Of a stretch of 64,000 bases of DNA, positions 1-9,161 are shown piece by piece; within the stretch, counting starts at the first letter, position 1; each line of letters begins with the position of its first letter. Made by a program: the position numbers and the translations under genes. Under the pieces are notes generated by a model. That model saw nothing but the letters and a program-made list of their open reading frames with translations, had not been told where the DNA came from and made no database searches. This DNA is from Rhodoferax ferrireducens. GTDB taxonomy: Bacteria; Pseudomonadota; Gammaproteobacteria; Burkholderiales; Burkholderiaceae_C. The stretch spans positions 47,031-111,030 of the forward strand of contig NZ_JBAQMD010000118.1 in NCBI RefSeq assembly GCF_049302455.1, written 5' to 3'.

Positions 1-464
1 ATGCAAGTGTTGCCGTAGGGTGGCAGCGCAACCTTGAATGCCTGCGGCAGTACCACGCGCCACATGGTCATGGCCCGCCCCATACCGAGCGATTTCGCGG
101 CCTCGACTTGTCCAGGATCGACCGCTTCGATCCCGCCGCGAAAGACCTCAGCCATATAGCAGGAATAGGCGAACCCCAGTCCGATGAAACCAGCCTGAAA
201 TGCGCTCAACTGGATGCCGACGTCGGGAAGCACGAAGTAGATAAAAAACAGCTGCACCAGGATCGGGATGCCTCGAATGGTGTTGATCAATCCCTTCGAG
301 AATACGGCCAGAGCCGGCACGCCTGAAACCCGCATTAGTGCCCAGACCAACCCGAGCAACGTGGCCACGATCAGCCCGCAGGCAAAGACCTCGACGGTCA
401 CAACTGCGCCCTGCGCCAATATGGGCGCGAATTCAATCAAGTCTTTTAAAGCGAACGCAGCCAT
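1..464 (-). CDS. Polar amino acid ABC transporter permease (gene 3' end runs off the window)
   Basis: Absent from the ORF track because it is truncated. My own minus-strand translation from the ATG at 464 gives MAAFALKDLIEFAPILAQGAVVTVEVFACGLIVATLLGLVWALMRVSG... It contains the EAA-loop idiom VDPGQVEAAKSLGMGRAMTMWRVVLPQA of HisM/GlnP-type permeases. It lies directly downstream of the binding-protein gene. Confidence 0.8.
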   Translation of the reverse strand, partial: MAAFALKDLIEFAPILAQGAVVTVEVFACGLIVATLLGLVWALMRVSGVPALAVFSKGLINTIRGIPILVQLFFIYFVLPDVGIQLSAFQAGFIGLGFAYSCYMAEVFRGGIEAVDPGQVEAAKSLGMGRAMTMWRVVLPQAFKVALPPYGNTC

Positions 465-484
465 TTGCCTCTAGCTCAATTGGA

Positions 485-1231
485 CTATTTCAGATTCCAG
501 CGGGCGAGGACGCGATCAATGGTGCCGTCAGCCTTGAACTTGCGCAGCGCGGCGTTGATCTTGTCGATCGTTGCCTTGTCGCCCTTGCGCACCGCTATGC
601 CAACGCTGCCGACCCACACCGACTTGTAACCCTTGACCAAACGCGTCTCAGGGAAGACGCCTTGGCCCAGCTGATAAGCCACGATCGGATAGTCGCCGAA
701 GCCGGCCTTGATCCGGCCCAGGTTGACGTCGCGCATGATGTCGGAGATCGAGTCGTAAACCTTGACCTCCTTGAACAGGCCCGATGCCTGCAAGGGTTTG
801 GCGTAGGCCGTGCCAATCTGAACCCCCACCACTTCGCCCTTGAGGTCCTCATAGGCCTTGTAGTCTTTGCTATCCTTCGCGGCGACGAACAGGCCCTCGC
901 CGTAGGTGTAAATCGGATCGCTGAAGTCGACCACCTCCTGGCGCGGCGGCGTGATGTACATGGCCGCTGCTATGACGTCAATCTTATTGCCCTGGAGAGC
1001 AGCAATGAGCGAGCTAAAGGGCATCGGGCTGATCTCCACCGCAAAGCCCTGGTCCTTACCGATTTCATTGACCAGGTCGACCATGACGCCGGAAATCTTG
1101 TTGGTTTTGGTGTCAAGAAAGGTGAACGGAATCCCTGTCGGCGTCGAACCGACACGAAGGGGCGTTTGAGCGCTGGCGAGCGATCCAATGAAAACAAGGC
1201 ACAAGGTGAACAGGCGTAGAAGTCTTGACAT
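485..1231 (-). CDS. Amino acid ABC transporter periplasmic substrate-binding protein (family 3)
   Basis: 248 aa with signal peptide MSRLLRLFTLCLVFIGSLASAQT. SBP_bac_3-like idiom (KIDVIAAAMYITPPRQEVVDFSDPIY). Adjacent to the permease. Confidence 0.85.
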   Translation of the reverse strand: MSRLLRLFTLCLVFIGSLASAQTPLRVGSTPTGIPFTFLDTKTNKISGVMVDLVNEIGKDQGFAVEISPMPFSSLIAALQGNKIDVIAAAMYITPPRQEVVDFSDPIYTYGEGLFVAAKDSKDYKAYEDLKGEVVGVQIGTAYAKPLQASGLFKEVKVYDSISDIMRDVNLGRIKAGFGDYPIVAYQLGQGVFPETRLVKGYKSVWVGSVGIAVRKGDKATIDKINAALRKFKADGTIDRVLARWNLK

Positions 1232-1283
1232 GATGTTTCCTTTCAGGGGTGAAGCAGGGAGTAGCGGGAATCGTTGCCAGGAT

Positions 1284-2567
1284 CTAGGCCGCTTCGAGCT
1301 GATCTCGAATACGGTAGTAGCTCACCAGGGCGCGGGCGACCAGGCGAGTAAAGGGGTAGCCCTGAATGGGCCGCATTGAGGTGACAGGGAATGGAATCCC
1401 CTCTGCCGGAACGCCTGTCGCGAGATCGGCCAAATATCGTCCAAAGAGGGTAGCCATGCCAACACCCCGGCCGTTGTAGCCGAGCGCCGCCCAAAGCCCG
1501 TTGTCAAGTCGGTTCAGGTGCGGGATATGGTCTTGTGTCATGGCCACACGCCCAGCCCAGTGAAACTCGAACGGTGTGCCACTGAGTTGCGGATACAACC
1601 GGTTGACGGCATTGCGGACGTAGTCGGCATCAGCCGCACCGAGGTCTTCACGGTAGGGCGCGCGACCGCCCATGGTGAGCCGCCCGTGAGCGTCACGACG
1701 GAAGTACCACAACAAGCGACGCGTGTCTGAAGCGGCATGCCCTTCGGGCAAAATACTCTTTCCCAAGTCTTCCGAAATCGGGACGGTGGCGGCTTGAAAG
1801 CTCATCATCGGCACAACCGTTCTGGCAAGCCCCGGCCACAATCCATCGGTATAGCCATTGGTCGCGAGCAGCACCTGATCAGCGTCGACTGCCCCTTGGG
1901 GGGTAGAGACCCGCCACTTCGTACCCTGACGAGTCAGAGAGAGGGCCGGTGAGTCGATGTGGATCACGGCTCCGGCCCGCTGCGCAGCCCCAGCAAGTCC
2001 GCGCACATAGGACATTGGCTGCACATGACCGGCGCGACGGTCTTCCCATCCACCAAGGTAATGGTCGGTGCCAAGCAATCGTGCCATTTCTGATCGATCA
2101 ACCGGCGCCACATCGGCACCTCGTCGCTGCCAACTCTCACAACGCCGTAGGGCCAAATTCAGGGAACGTGTTGAGAAGGCCGGTTGAAGCCAGCCCTTGC
2201 GCTGTGCGTCGCATGAAATTGCGTGCTGTTCAATCAAGCCGAAAACTTCGTCGCCGACGCTACCGACCGCATTCACCATGCGTGGACCGAGGTCGGGCCC
2301 AAACATGGCCTCGATCTCGTCCGGATCGAATTTCAAACCCGGTATCACCTGTCCGCCGGTTCGGCCTGAGGCACCCCACCCGACAACGTTCGCTTCGAGA
2401 AGTCGGACCCGGGCACCGCGCTGTGCCATTGCCAGCGCAGCGGCACAACCGGTGAACCCTGCGCCAACAATGACCACATCAGCCGGCACTATCTCCTGAA
2501 GCGCGCTTGCTTCAATGTCAGGTGCTGCGGTACTGGCCCAAAGTGACGAACAGTTTGGCTGGGACAT
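1284..2567 (-). CDS. FAD-dependent oxidoreductase (DAO family, PuuB/DadA-like)
   Basis: 427 aa with an N-terminal Rossmann dinucleotide motif VVIVGAGFTGCAAAL. Length and idiom match DAO-family amine/amino-acid oxidases. Confidence 0.8.
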   Translation of the reverse strand: MSQPNCSSLWASTAAPDIEASALQEIVPADVVIVGAGFTGCAAALAMAQRGARVRLLEANVVGWGASGRTGGQVIPGLKFDPDEIEAMFGPDLGPRMVNAVGSVGDEVFGLIEQHAISCDAQRKGWLQPAFSTRSLNLALRRCESWQRRGADVAPVDRSEMARLLGTDHYLGGWEDRRAGHVQPMSYVRGLAGAAQRAGAVIHIDSPALSLTRQGTKWRVSTPQGAVDADQVLLATNGYTDGLWPGLARTVVPMMSFQAATVPISEDLGKSILPEGHAASDTRRLLWYFRRDAHGRLTMGGRAPYREDLGAADADYVRNAVNRLYPQLSGTPFEFHWAGRVAMTQDHIPHLNRLDNGLWAALGYNGRGVGMATLFGRYLADLATGVPAEGIPFPVTSMRPIQGYPFTRLVARALVSYYRIRDQLEAA

Positions 2568-2713
2568 GCTGGCTCCTAGTTAAATATGGCCGCTATACTT
2601 TCATTTATATTGAAAATTTGCGTCATTTATTTCATACTACAGACGGGATGTTTTGATGTCAATAGAGATTCACCCGTGATCTGTTGACGTGAAAAGGGCA
2701 AGGAATATTTGAA

Positions 2714-3307
2714 ATGAAGAAGCAAACTACGGCGTCTGCGGACGCACAAAAAATGGGGCTGGGCATCCAGGTGCGGCAGCGGCGACGTATCAAGGGCCTT
2801 ACCTTGACTGAACTGTCGCAACAGTCGGAACTGTCAGTTGGCTTGCTCAGCCAAATCGAGCGTGGCCTCTCGTCACCCTCCTTGAAATCGATGACGCAGA
2901 TCTGCACCGCTTTGGGGGTCCCCTTGAGTTGGCTCTTTGACAGTGGTCCGTTGGAAAACCCGGCTGAAAAGGGCCTGGTTGTGCGGCGAGGCTCACGCCG
3001 GCGTCTCGATCTTGGGACTTACGGCGTGACGAAGGAACTCCTTTCGCCTGATTTGGGAGGCGAGATGCAGATCTACCTCGTGTCGATCCGCCCGGGCGGA
3101 CAATCTGGACCGGAGACTTATACACACCGCGGCGAGGAAGGCGGCCTCGTGCTCACCGGCACACTTGAACTCACCGTCGATGACCGAATCGTCCTCTTGT
3201 ACGAGGGAGACTCCTTTCGTTTCCGCAGTTCCCTGGCGCACCGTTTCGCCAACCCTGGTGCCACTCAAACAAACGTGGTGTGGGCAAATTCACTGGCTTT
3301 TTATTGA
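2714..3307 (+). CDS. XRE-family HTH transcriptional regulator with C-terminal cupin domain
   Basis: 197 aa. HTH_3 idiom LTLTELSQQSELSVGLLSQIERG. C-terminal cupin-like strands (EEGGLVLTGTLELTVDD..GDSFRF). Divergent from the oxidoreductase/ABC operon. Confidence 0.85.
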   Translation: MKKQTTASADAQKMGLGIQVRQRRRIKGLTLTELSQQSELSVGLLSQIERGLSSPSLKSMTQICTALGVPLSWLFDSGPLENPAEKGLVVRRGSRRRLDLGTYGVTKELLSPDLGGEMQIYLVSIRPGGQSGPETYTHRGEEGGLVLTGTLELTVDDRIVLLYEGDSFRFRSSLAHRFANPGATQTNVVWANSLAFY

Positions 3308-3630
3308 GGCTGCCCTGGTACATTGGCACGTAAGAGAGCCTGCGCAGACAGCTTGTCATCCCGGCCACAAAGACGATGAACCTTGCCGAAGCTGAGGAGA
3401 ATTGCAAGGCAACCCGTGGGCCAGAGATTAATATTCAATATTGAACAGGCACAAGCCTTATCGAATCAGCGATGGGCGATAGGCGATGAGTAGGCCCAAG
3501 ATGGGCCACGGAAAAACGAGATCAAGTCAACCGACTCTCAGCCCGAACTCACGCGTTTGGTGCGCCTGAGTAATGGCTAAGCTACATCGGTCTCTTGATG
3601 CGAGCACTTAATCACTGGGGAAGTTAATGC

Positions 3631-3657
3631 TGGTGCGGCTGGCGGGGATCGAACCCA
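3631..3657 (-). repeat. attL-type 27-bp direct repeat, a copy of the 3' end of tRNA-Arg(CCG)
   Basis: tggtgcggctggcggggatcgaaccca at 3631-3657 is identical to 21181-21207, the 3' acceptor/T-arm of the intact tRNA. The ORF track translates both copies to the same peptide (GSIPASRT in ORFs 3608..3790 and 20909..21208). Confidence 0.85.
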
Positions 3658-4001
3658 ATACTTTCGGCCCCGCTACATCACAATAATCGTCAAGGGTTTG
3701 TACCACGATTTTGTAGAAAACGGAAACGCGAGTACTTGCAAGGACGGTTTGTCGCGGTGATTTTGGACCCCGGCAGCTCGACTGCACCAAGCCTAATACT
3801 CGTTACTGACATCGTCAAAGATCACGCGGTGTAGCCCCGGGCACATTCGTCAAGCACTTGACTTATTGCTGGGTTGCAAAGCCCTCAAATTCAAAGTGAC
3901 AACGTGGAGTGAGCAATCACTCACTACATAATCCTCGCTTATCATTTTCAGCCCTGTCTACTCGCTAGGACAAACCACCTTAAAGTCGTCAGACACCAAA
4001 G

Positions 4002-4028
4002 TTCTTGCGAAAGTGATTTTCGCAAGAA
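4002..4028. promoter_or_regulatory. Perfect inverted repeat (11-bp arms, 5-bp spacer), candidate operator of the XRE-ImmA gene
   Basis: ttcttgcgaaa-gtgat-tttcgcaagaa. It is followed by an AT-rich -10-like tataat (about 4044-4060), an RBS agaggga and the ATG at 4086. Confidence 0.5.
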
Positions 4029-4085
4029 TTTTTTGCATCGTTGTAATTTGCAATATATAATAGCGTGCTTTTAGAGGGAACCTCA

Positions 4086-5198
4086 ATGGATGCATCTTCG
4101 ACTCGTTTTCGCCTGCAGGCCCTGCGCGATCAGAGCAAGATGACACAGGAGCAGCTTGCGAAGGCGTTGGGCTTTAAGGATCGCCAAACCCTCTCTCAGA
4201 TAGAACTGGGAGAACGAAAGCTCGGCTTTCAAGAAATGGTGCGAGCTGCCGAGGTCTTTGGCGTCGGGGTTGATTACTTTACCGATCCTTTTGAGCTTGC
4301 GGGCGAAGGGAAATTTTCTTGGCGGCAGACTAATGCGAACGAGCTAGCACTCAGCCAATTTGAGCAGAAGGCAGGACGCTGGATAGCTGCTTTCCGGCAC
4401 CTGTCAAAGTTGCGCGGAGACTCAATCCACTCATCGCTGCGCCGCGTTGCACTGACCTCGCGCTCGTCGTTTGAAGATGCAATCGCTGAAGGTGAGGCGA
4501 TTGGCGCGACCCTACGACTGGGTGAAGTTCCGTCCGTTCGCTTGGCCGAGGCTTTACAAGAGGAACTAGACACTCTTGTCCTCTATGTAGATGCGGTGAG
4601 TGGCGTTTCGGGTGCTGCTTGCCAGCTTGATCAGTTGAACGCTGTTTTGATTAATCGTAATGAGCATCCAGCTCGACGAGCATTTGACCTCGCACATGAG
4701 CTATTCCACCTACTCACATGGTCAACGATGCCGCCGAAGCACGTCGAGTCGGAACGACCAGCAGACAGAGACGATAAGCGAGTCGAACAACTTGCGGAAA
4801 ATTTTGCAGCCGGTCTCTTAATGCCCTCGAAGACGATTTCGGCGCTCGTTGCCGGAAGTACACCGCAGCGAGGTGCCGCGATAGTGGGATGGGTGAAGGA
4901 TTCCGCCGCAAAGCTAGGCGTTAGCGGTTCCGCCTTGAAGTGGCGTCTTGTCAACACGAAAGTCATAACGAAGGCTGAAGCAAACGCGATTCCAGACGAG
5001 CTTTTGCGAGCAAACGGCGAAGACACCAGAGTTGAATTGCCTGCTCCATATAGCAAAAGATTCATTTCTGTATTGTCATGGGGTATGGACGAGGGGCACG
5101 TGTCTGTACGCCGCGCTGCTCAACTCTTAGACACTTCTGTAGACGACCTTCGAGACCTGTTCGCAGAACATGGACTCCCCGCACCGTTTGACCTTTAA
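4086..5198 (+). CDS. XRE HTH domain fused to an ImmA/IrrE-family (M78, COG2856) metallopeptidase domain
   Basis: ORF 4065..5198, with ATG 4086 preferred because of the RBS agaggga. N-terminal HTH_3 idiom (MTQEQLAKALGFKDRQTLSQIELGERK). HExxH zinc motif in FDLAHELFHLLTW. Confidence 0.8.
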   Translation: MDASSTRFRLQALRDQSKMTQEQLAKALGFKDRQTLSQIELGERKLGFQEMVRAAEVFGVGVDYFTDPFELAGEGKFSWRQTNANELALSQFEQKAGRWIAAFRHLSKLRGDSIHSSLRRVALTSRSSFEDAIAEGEAIGATLRLGEVPSVRLAEALQEELDTLVLYVDAVSGVSGAACQLDQLNAVLINRNEHPARRAFDLAHELFHLLTWSTMPPKHVESERPADRDDKRVEQLAENFAAGLLMPSKTISALVAGSTPQRGAAIVGWVKDSAAKLGVSGSALKWRLVNTKVITKAEANAIPDELLRANGEDTRVELPAPYSKRFISVLSWGMDEGHVSVRRAAQLLDTSVDDLRDLFAEHGLPAPFDL

Positions 5199-5206
5199 GG
5201 TTTGGC

Positions 5207-5713
5207 ATGACTTTCCGTCCCGGGCAACGAGTCATCGTTGATACCAACGTCATCATTGAGGCTCACCGTACTGGGTGCTGGAATACGATCGCAAATTACT
5301 TCGCGATCGAAACTGTGGAAAAGGTTATCGAGGAAACCCAGACTGGCGCTCAAAACCGATCTCCTGAAACACTCATCAATGAACTAGTGCTTCGGGCATC
5401 GATGCGGCACGTGGCGATGGTCACAGATGAGATGCGAGCCAAGTTTCACGAGTCATTCCCTTTGGCCGTTCTTGATCCTGGTGAGCGCGATCTGATTGTC
5501 TACGCTGGCACCTTAACCACAGCAGACACATGGCTCTTGAACAGTCCCGACATGGCTGCCGTACGCCATGCACATGTACGCGGATGGCTTGATCGAGTTG
5601 TATCGCTTGAGGCGATGAACCGCCAACTTAAGGGGCGACTCAGTGCCGGCCTCAGAGAAAATTACTCGGAGCAATGGTTGAGCATTCGACGGACTCGGCT
5701 CATCCTTGGATAG
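5207..5713 (+). CDS. Hypothetical protein, PIN-like nuclease candidate
   Basis: 168 aa, starting 9 nt after the ImmA stop. The N-terminal strand VIVDTNVIIEA is the classic PIN first acidic motif. Further conserved-looking acidic positions occur at PGERDLIVYA and LLNSPDMAAV. The family is not determined. Confidence 0.45.
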   Translation: MTFRPGQRVIVDTNVIIEAHRTGCWNTIANYFAIETVEKVIEETQTGAQNRSPETLINELVLRASMRHVAMVTDEMRAKFHESFPLAVLDPGERDLIVYAGTLTTADTWLLNSPDMAAVRHAHVRGWLDRVVSLEAMNRQLKGRLSAGLRENYSEQWLSIRRTRLILG

Positions 5714-5725
5714 TAGTGACGTTGG

Positions 5726-6358
5726 TCAACGCCAGGCCATGGCGCTCGCGTGTGCATCGCTGGGACTTTTCAAAATTCGATAGACGGTCGCGCGAGACAG
5801 CCCAAGCTGTTTGGCAACCTCAGTAACGCCCTTCCCTTCACCCCTCAGGGTGACGACCTGATTGATCTGGTTTTCTGCGAAGCTAGGCTTGCGACCCAGG
5901 TAGACCTTTTCCCCACGCTCCTTTGCGTGGGCAATCCCGGCCTTTTGAGCCTCCTTCGTGGCTTCAGCTTGTGCCTGTGACAGAGCAGCCATGAAACCGA
6001 TCAGCGCATCCCTGACAGCCTGCGTCATCGGGTCTGCCGCAGCACCGTCAAAGGTCATGCCGTTGATGATGGTCTTGATGACCACCCCGCGTCGCATGAA
6101 TGCCCGGATGTTGTCTGAAACGTCCTCGTAGTTCCGACCAAGCCGATCCACCCAGCGCACGACCAACGTATCCCCGCTGCGAAGAAGATCAAACAACCGC
6201 CGACCGCCCTCACGATCGGCCAGCTTGATGGTGACGCCAGAGACACCATCGTCGGTGACGACTTGGTCAAACACAAGCCCTGCCGCCCGTGCCTGGGTGA
6301 CTTGATGCTCGACGGTTTGCTCGGCGGTGCTGACCCGGGTGTAGAGGATTGTTGCCAT
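5726..6358 (-). CDS. Serine recombinase (resolvase/invertase family)
   Basis: 210 aa. Catalytic-serine idiom ILYTRVSTAEQ, then DRLGRN, and a C-terminal HTH (GVTEVAKQLGLSRATVYRIL). Confidence 0.9.
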   Translation of the reverse strand: MATILYTRVSTAEQTVEHQVTQARAAGLVFDQVVTDDGVSGVTIKLADREGGRRLFDLLRSGDTLVVRWVDRLGRNYEDVSDNIRAFMRRGVVIKTIINGMTFDGAAADPMTQAVRDALIGFMAALSQAQAEATKEAQKAGIAHAKERGEKVYLGRKPSFAENQINQVVTLRGEGKGVTEVAKQLGLSRATVYRILKSPSDAHASAMAWR

Positions 6359-6559
6359 AAATGTGCGTTAGGTTGTTGTTCGTTAAATAAGTGTCCGTTG
6401 ATTCAAAACTGAGCCTATCGGACTGCATTCCATAAGCGTTTTGATTGACCGATAGGGCATAGCCTATCGAACACATCTAGTGTAGTTCTGCTTATAGAAA
6501 GAATCAAGAAAAGCGCTTATATGGCGTTTTTCTTGATTCGATTTTAAAATTGGATCAAC

Positions 6560-7048
6560 ATGAAAATCGATCCCCAATGCCCAAACGATGAGCTTTACGG
6601 CAACAGCCAGGCGGCGCAGTTTCTGAGTCAGCAACTCTCAGATAGAACCCCTGATCAATGGGAGCTATGGCTGCGTAACAACCGAAATGTTTCCCGGCAT
6701 GTCCCGTATCGGATCGACGTCGTTCACATTTCCAATCGGAGCTTTTATCGCCCACAGGATCTGGCAAAGTTCATCGAGTGGGAAAAGTCCCGACGTCTTG
6801 GTGTGTTGAAGCTGTCGGGGAGGGCTGCAGAAGCCATGCTGGCCTACGGGATCGGCACCGCCACCGGCAGCACAACTGGCCGAAAACTTGAAGTCATCGG
6901 CGTCCATGAGCAAACGGATCAGGTGACCAAAGAGCGATATGTCCAGTTGATTACAGGTAATCCGTTCAGGGTCTACCGCCTTGATCTTGACCAAGCTCGT
7001 GACATTGCAACGCAGTTGCTACATGCGGTGGGATTGCCATCGTGGTGA
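6560..7048 (+). CDS. Hypothetical protein
   Basis: 162-aa ORF with ATG start. It is first in a co-directional, overlapping gene string (6560-8933). No recognisable motif. Confidence 0.45.
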   Translation: MKIDPQCPNDELYGNSQAAQFLSQQLSDRTPDQWELWLRNNRNVSRHVPYRIDVVHISNRSFYRPQDLAKFIEWEKSRRLGVLKLSGRAAEAMLAYGIGTATGSTTGRKLEVIGVHEQTDQVTKERYVQLITGNPFRVYRLDLDQARDIATQLLHAVGLPSW

Positions 7049-8481
7049 AAGCCAGAGCAATGCGTCGGCCATTTCCCGTCATGACTACGTCTCCCAATCC
7101 GGCAAGACTCAAGTCCGGTCTTCCGCTCGGGCTTGAAGGCTTCAGCTTCCGAGCCTCGATCGATTGGATCGAGATTGAGCTGACGCTCATAGAACCGAGC
7201 CAGTGGCACGCTGTCAGAAGACGGGCTTACGGCGTCTGGGGCAATCTTTTTGTTGAATCGCTGGAATCAGATGAATCGTCGAAAAAGTTCCGGTTTCGAG
7301 TTCAAAATCCGCGCTCCCCCGATGAGTTCTTGCGCCAGTTGCAGACTTTGGCGCGTGCCGGTGAATCGCTGACAGAAGAATCCGTGAAGATCACGGGAGT
7401 AGAAATCGCGATTGATGCAAGGCATCCAAGCAATGCCCCAGAGATTCTGGCGACAGCGGCGTTGTACTTATTGCGGCATCAAGCAAACCTGCCCAACGGC
7501 CGTCCTCGGATCACGATCCCTGCCTACTTTGACGCGCCCATACTCGCCGCCAAGTATGCCGCCGCCATGGACGCTAACTCGATCGCCATTGCGGACGCAA
7601 ACCGCGAGGGCAGACAAGCTCCAGGGCGTTTGCTTAAAAAGGACGGGGAATGCCCAGATGTTGAATCGAACAGGGAGGCGTTGCGGGCGCTGCGGCGTTG
7701 CTTGACGATCAATCAAGGTAGGGCACCGAGACGCGAATCTGGCGATCGTGGAGACAGCTACAGGTCGCGACACTATGTCAAGACCAAGGACACCCGGGAC
7801 GGCATTGCCTACGCGCCGCTGCCGACTGAGGAATACAGCGCACGGTCAGAAAGGACGTGGATCGACCGAGACGTTCCATTCGTAACGATTGAGGAATGGC
7901 GTCACTTCCGCTTCGAGACATTGGCGGCAGACTTTGCGTTGGTACTTCCCGTGGAAACCGATAACCCGTTGGTGGCACTGCTTCAAGAGGCATCTATACA
8001 ACTTGGCCGCGGCACCGATTCATACAAGATTCGCCCCAGTGATCGCCGCAAGAGAGCCGCCTTCACGCGCCGCGACAGCGTCACAAACGACAGGATCCGC
8101 CAGGCGCTGCGGGCGCTGACCCGCGCTCAGTCTTGTGAAAATTCGGTAACGAATTTGCCCGCGATTGACATGGCGCCAGAGGGAGATTTCAACTTGCACG
8201 GGGCTAGTCCTGAATACAGTAACCACAATACAGTTAATCAAAGCGCGATGATCGATCATTCATCTGTGACTGTGAGCAATCAAGACCAGGAAGAAACCGA
8301 TCCAGGCCCGTGCATCCTACCTACCTATCCAACCACAGCGCGTTCCGGCAAGCATGAAGCGGACGACTGGCGTGCGGTTGTGAAACCGAGCTTGATCGCA
8401 AAAGTGATGAAGCGAGTGAACGAGATGGCACGGCACTTCATGGACTCGATGAGCACTGCATGGCGGATGGCACCAGGTTAA
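7042..8481 (+). CDS. Hypothetical protein (479 aa); weak resemblance to replication-initiation-type island proteins
   Basis: Long ORF whose GTG start overlaps the upstream stop (alternative ATG at 7060). The segments IDWIEIELTL and ITGVEIAIDA are reminiscent of Rep-like strand motifs, but that is not diagnostic. The C-terminal third is low-complexity. Confidence 0.5.
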   Translation: MVKARAMRRPFPVMTTSPNPARLKSGLPLGLEGFSFRASIDWIEIELTLIEPSQWHAVRRRAYGVWGNLFVESLESDESSKKFRFRVQNPRSPDEFLRQLQTLARAGESLTEESVKITGVEIAIDARHPSNAPEILATAALYLLRHQANLPNGRPRITIPAYFDAPILAAKYAAAMDANSIAIADANREGRQAPGRLLKKDGECPDVESNREALRALRRCLTINQGRAPRRESGDRGDSYRSRHYVKTKDTRDGIAYAPLPTEEYSARSERTWIDRDVPFVTIEEWRHFRFETLAADFALVLPVETDNPLVALLQEASIQLGRGTDSYKIRPSDRRKRAAFTRRDSVTNDRIRQALRALTRAQSCENSVTNLPAIDMAPEGDFNLHGASPEYSNHNTVNQSAMIDHSSVTVSNQDQEETDPGPCILPTYPTTARSGKHEADDWRAVVKPSLIAKVMKRVNEMARHFMDSMSTAWRMAPG

Positions 8482-8507
8482 ATATTTCCAACCAGAGAGC
8501 AACAGAA

Positions 8508-8933
8508 ATGAAAACAAAAAATGAAGATTTCCTGACTGAGTTGATGTCAAAAATGTCCAAGCTCAACAACAAGTCAGTGGCGGCGGATCTTATGGCGCGT
8601 GCGCCCGATGACACGGTGGCAGTGGAGAAGATGCTAGCCGAAACAGTAGCGGAATTGGACACCATGAATGAGGAGTTGGACATGGAACTCGACATTGAGG
8701 ATGCCGACATGATGGAGTTGCCACCATGCGATGCACCTGCACCTGCAGCTGCATCCAGGCCCACTCCGCACTCTGTGACCGGGTCAGAGCACATCACGAT
8801 TCGACTCTGCAGCAGGGTTCTTGCTGCCTACAGGATGCGGGCACGGGCTACCGGAACAAAGTATCAAACATTGATCAATCGCACCCTCCTGTCATCGATG
8901 GCAAGCTGGAAGACGCCCGGCTCGCACCTATAA
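8508..8933 (+). CDS. Hypothetical protein with a C-terminal ribbon-helix-helix (BrnA/CopG-like) segment
   Basis: ORF 8460..8933, with ATG 8508 (MKTKNEDF) preferred. It has an acidic middle region. The C-terminal ITIRLCSRVLAAYRMRARATGTKYQTLINRTL matches the BrnA-type RHH idiom. Confidence 0.5.
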   Translation: MKTKNEDFLTELMSKMSKLNNKSVAADLMARAPDDTVAVEKMLAETVAELDTMNEELDMELDIEDADMMELPPCDAPAPAAASRPTPHSVTGSEHITIRLCSRVLAAYRMRARATGTKYQTLINRTLLSSMASWKTPGSHL

Positions 8934-9161
8934 GAAATCAGATCGAACGGCGGGATTGGATGTCTTCAAAGCAACGTCAATTTCAAAAATGTATGCACAC
9001 GGCTGGGCGCCATGATCCGCGGTTTTACCAGAGGCGACTGTGAGCAATGCGACCTGATTGCCACTGCGTGAAGACAACATTGCCACCGATAAGCTGAAAG
9101 CCGCTCTCTACAATTTTTGCACGGGCAGCATGTCGCAGCCCTGTTGAAAACGGAGCCGCTG

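Noticed and set aside
3308-3630. Non-coding stretch between the XRE/cupin regulator and attL, including the aatattcaatatt motif
   Set aside because: There is no ORF, no convincing structure and no similarity to other parts of the window. It is probably ordinary intergenic or old att-flank sequence.
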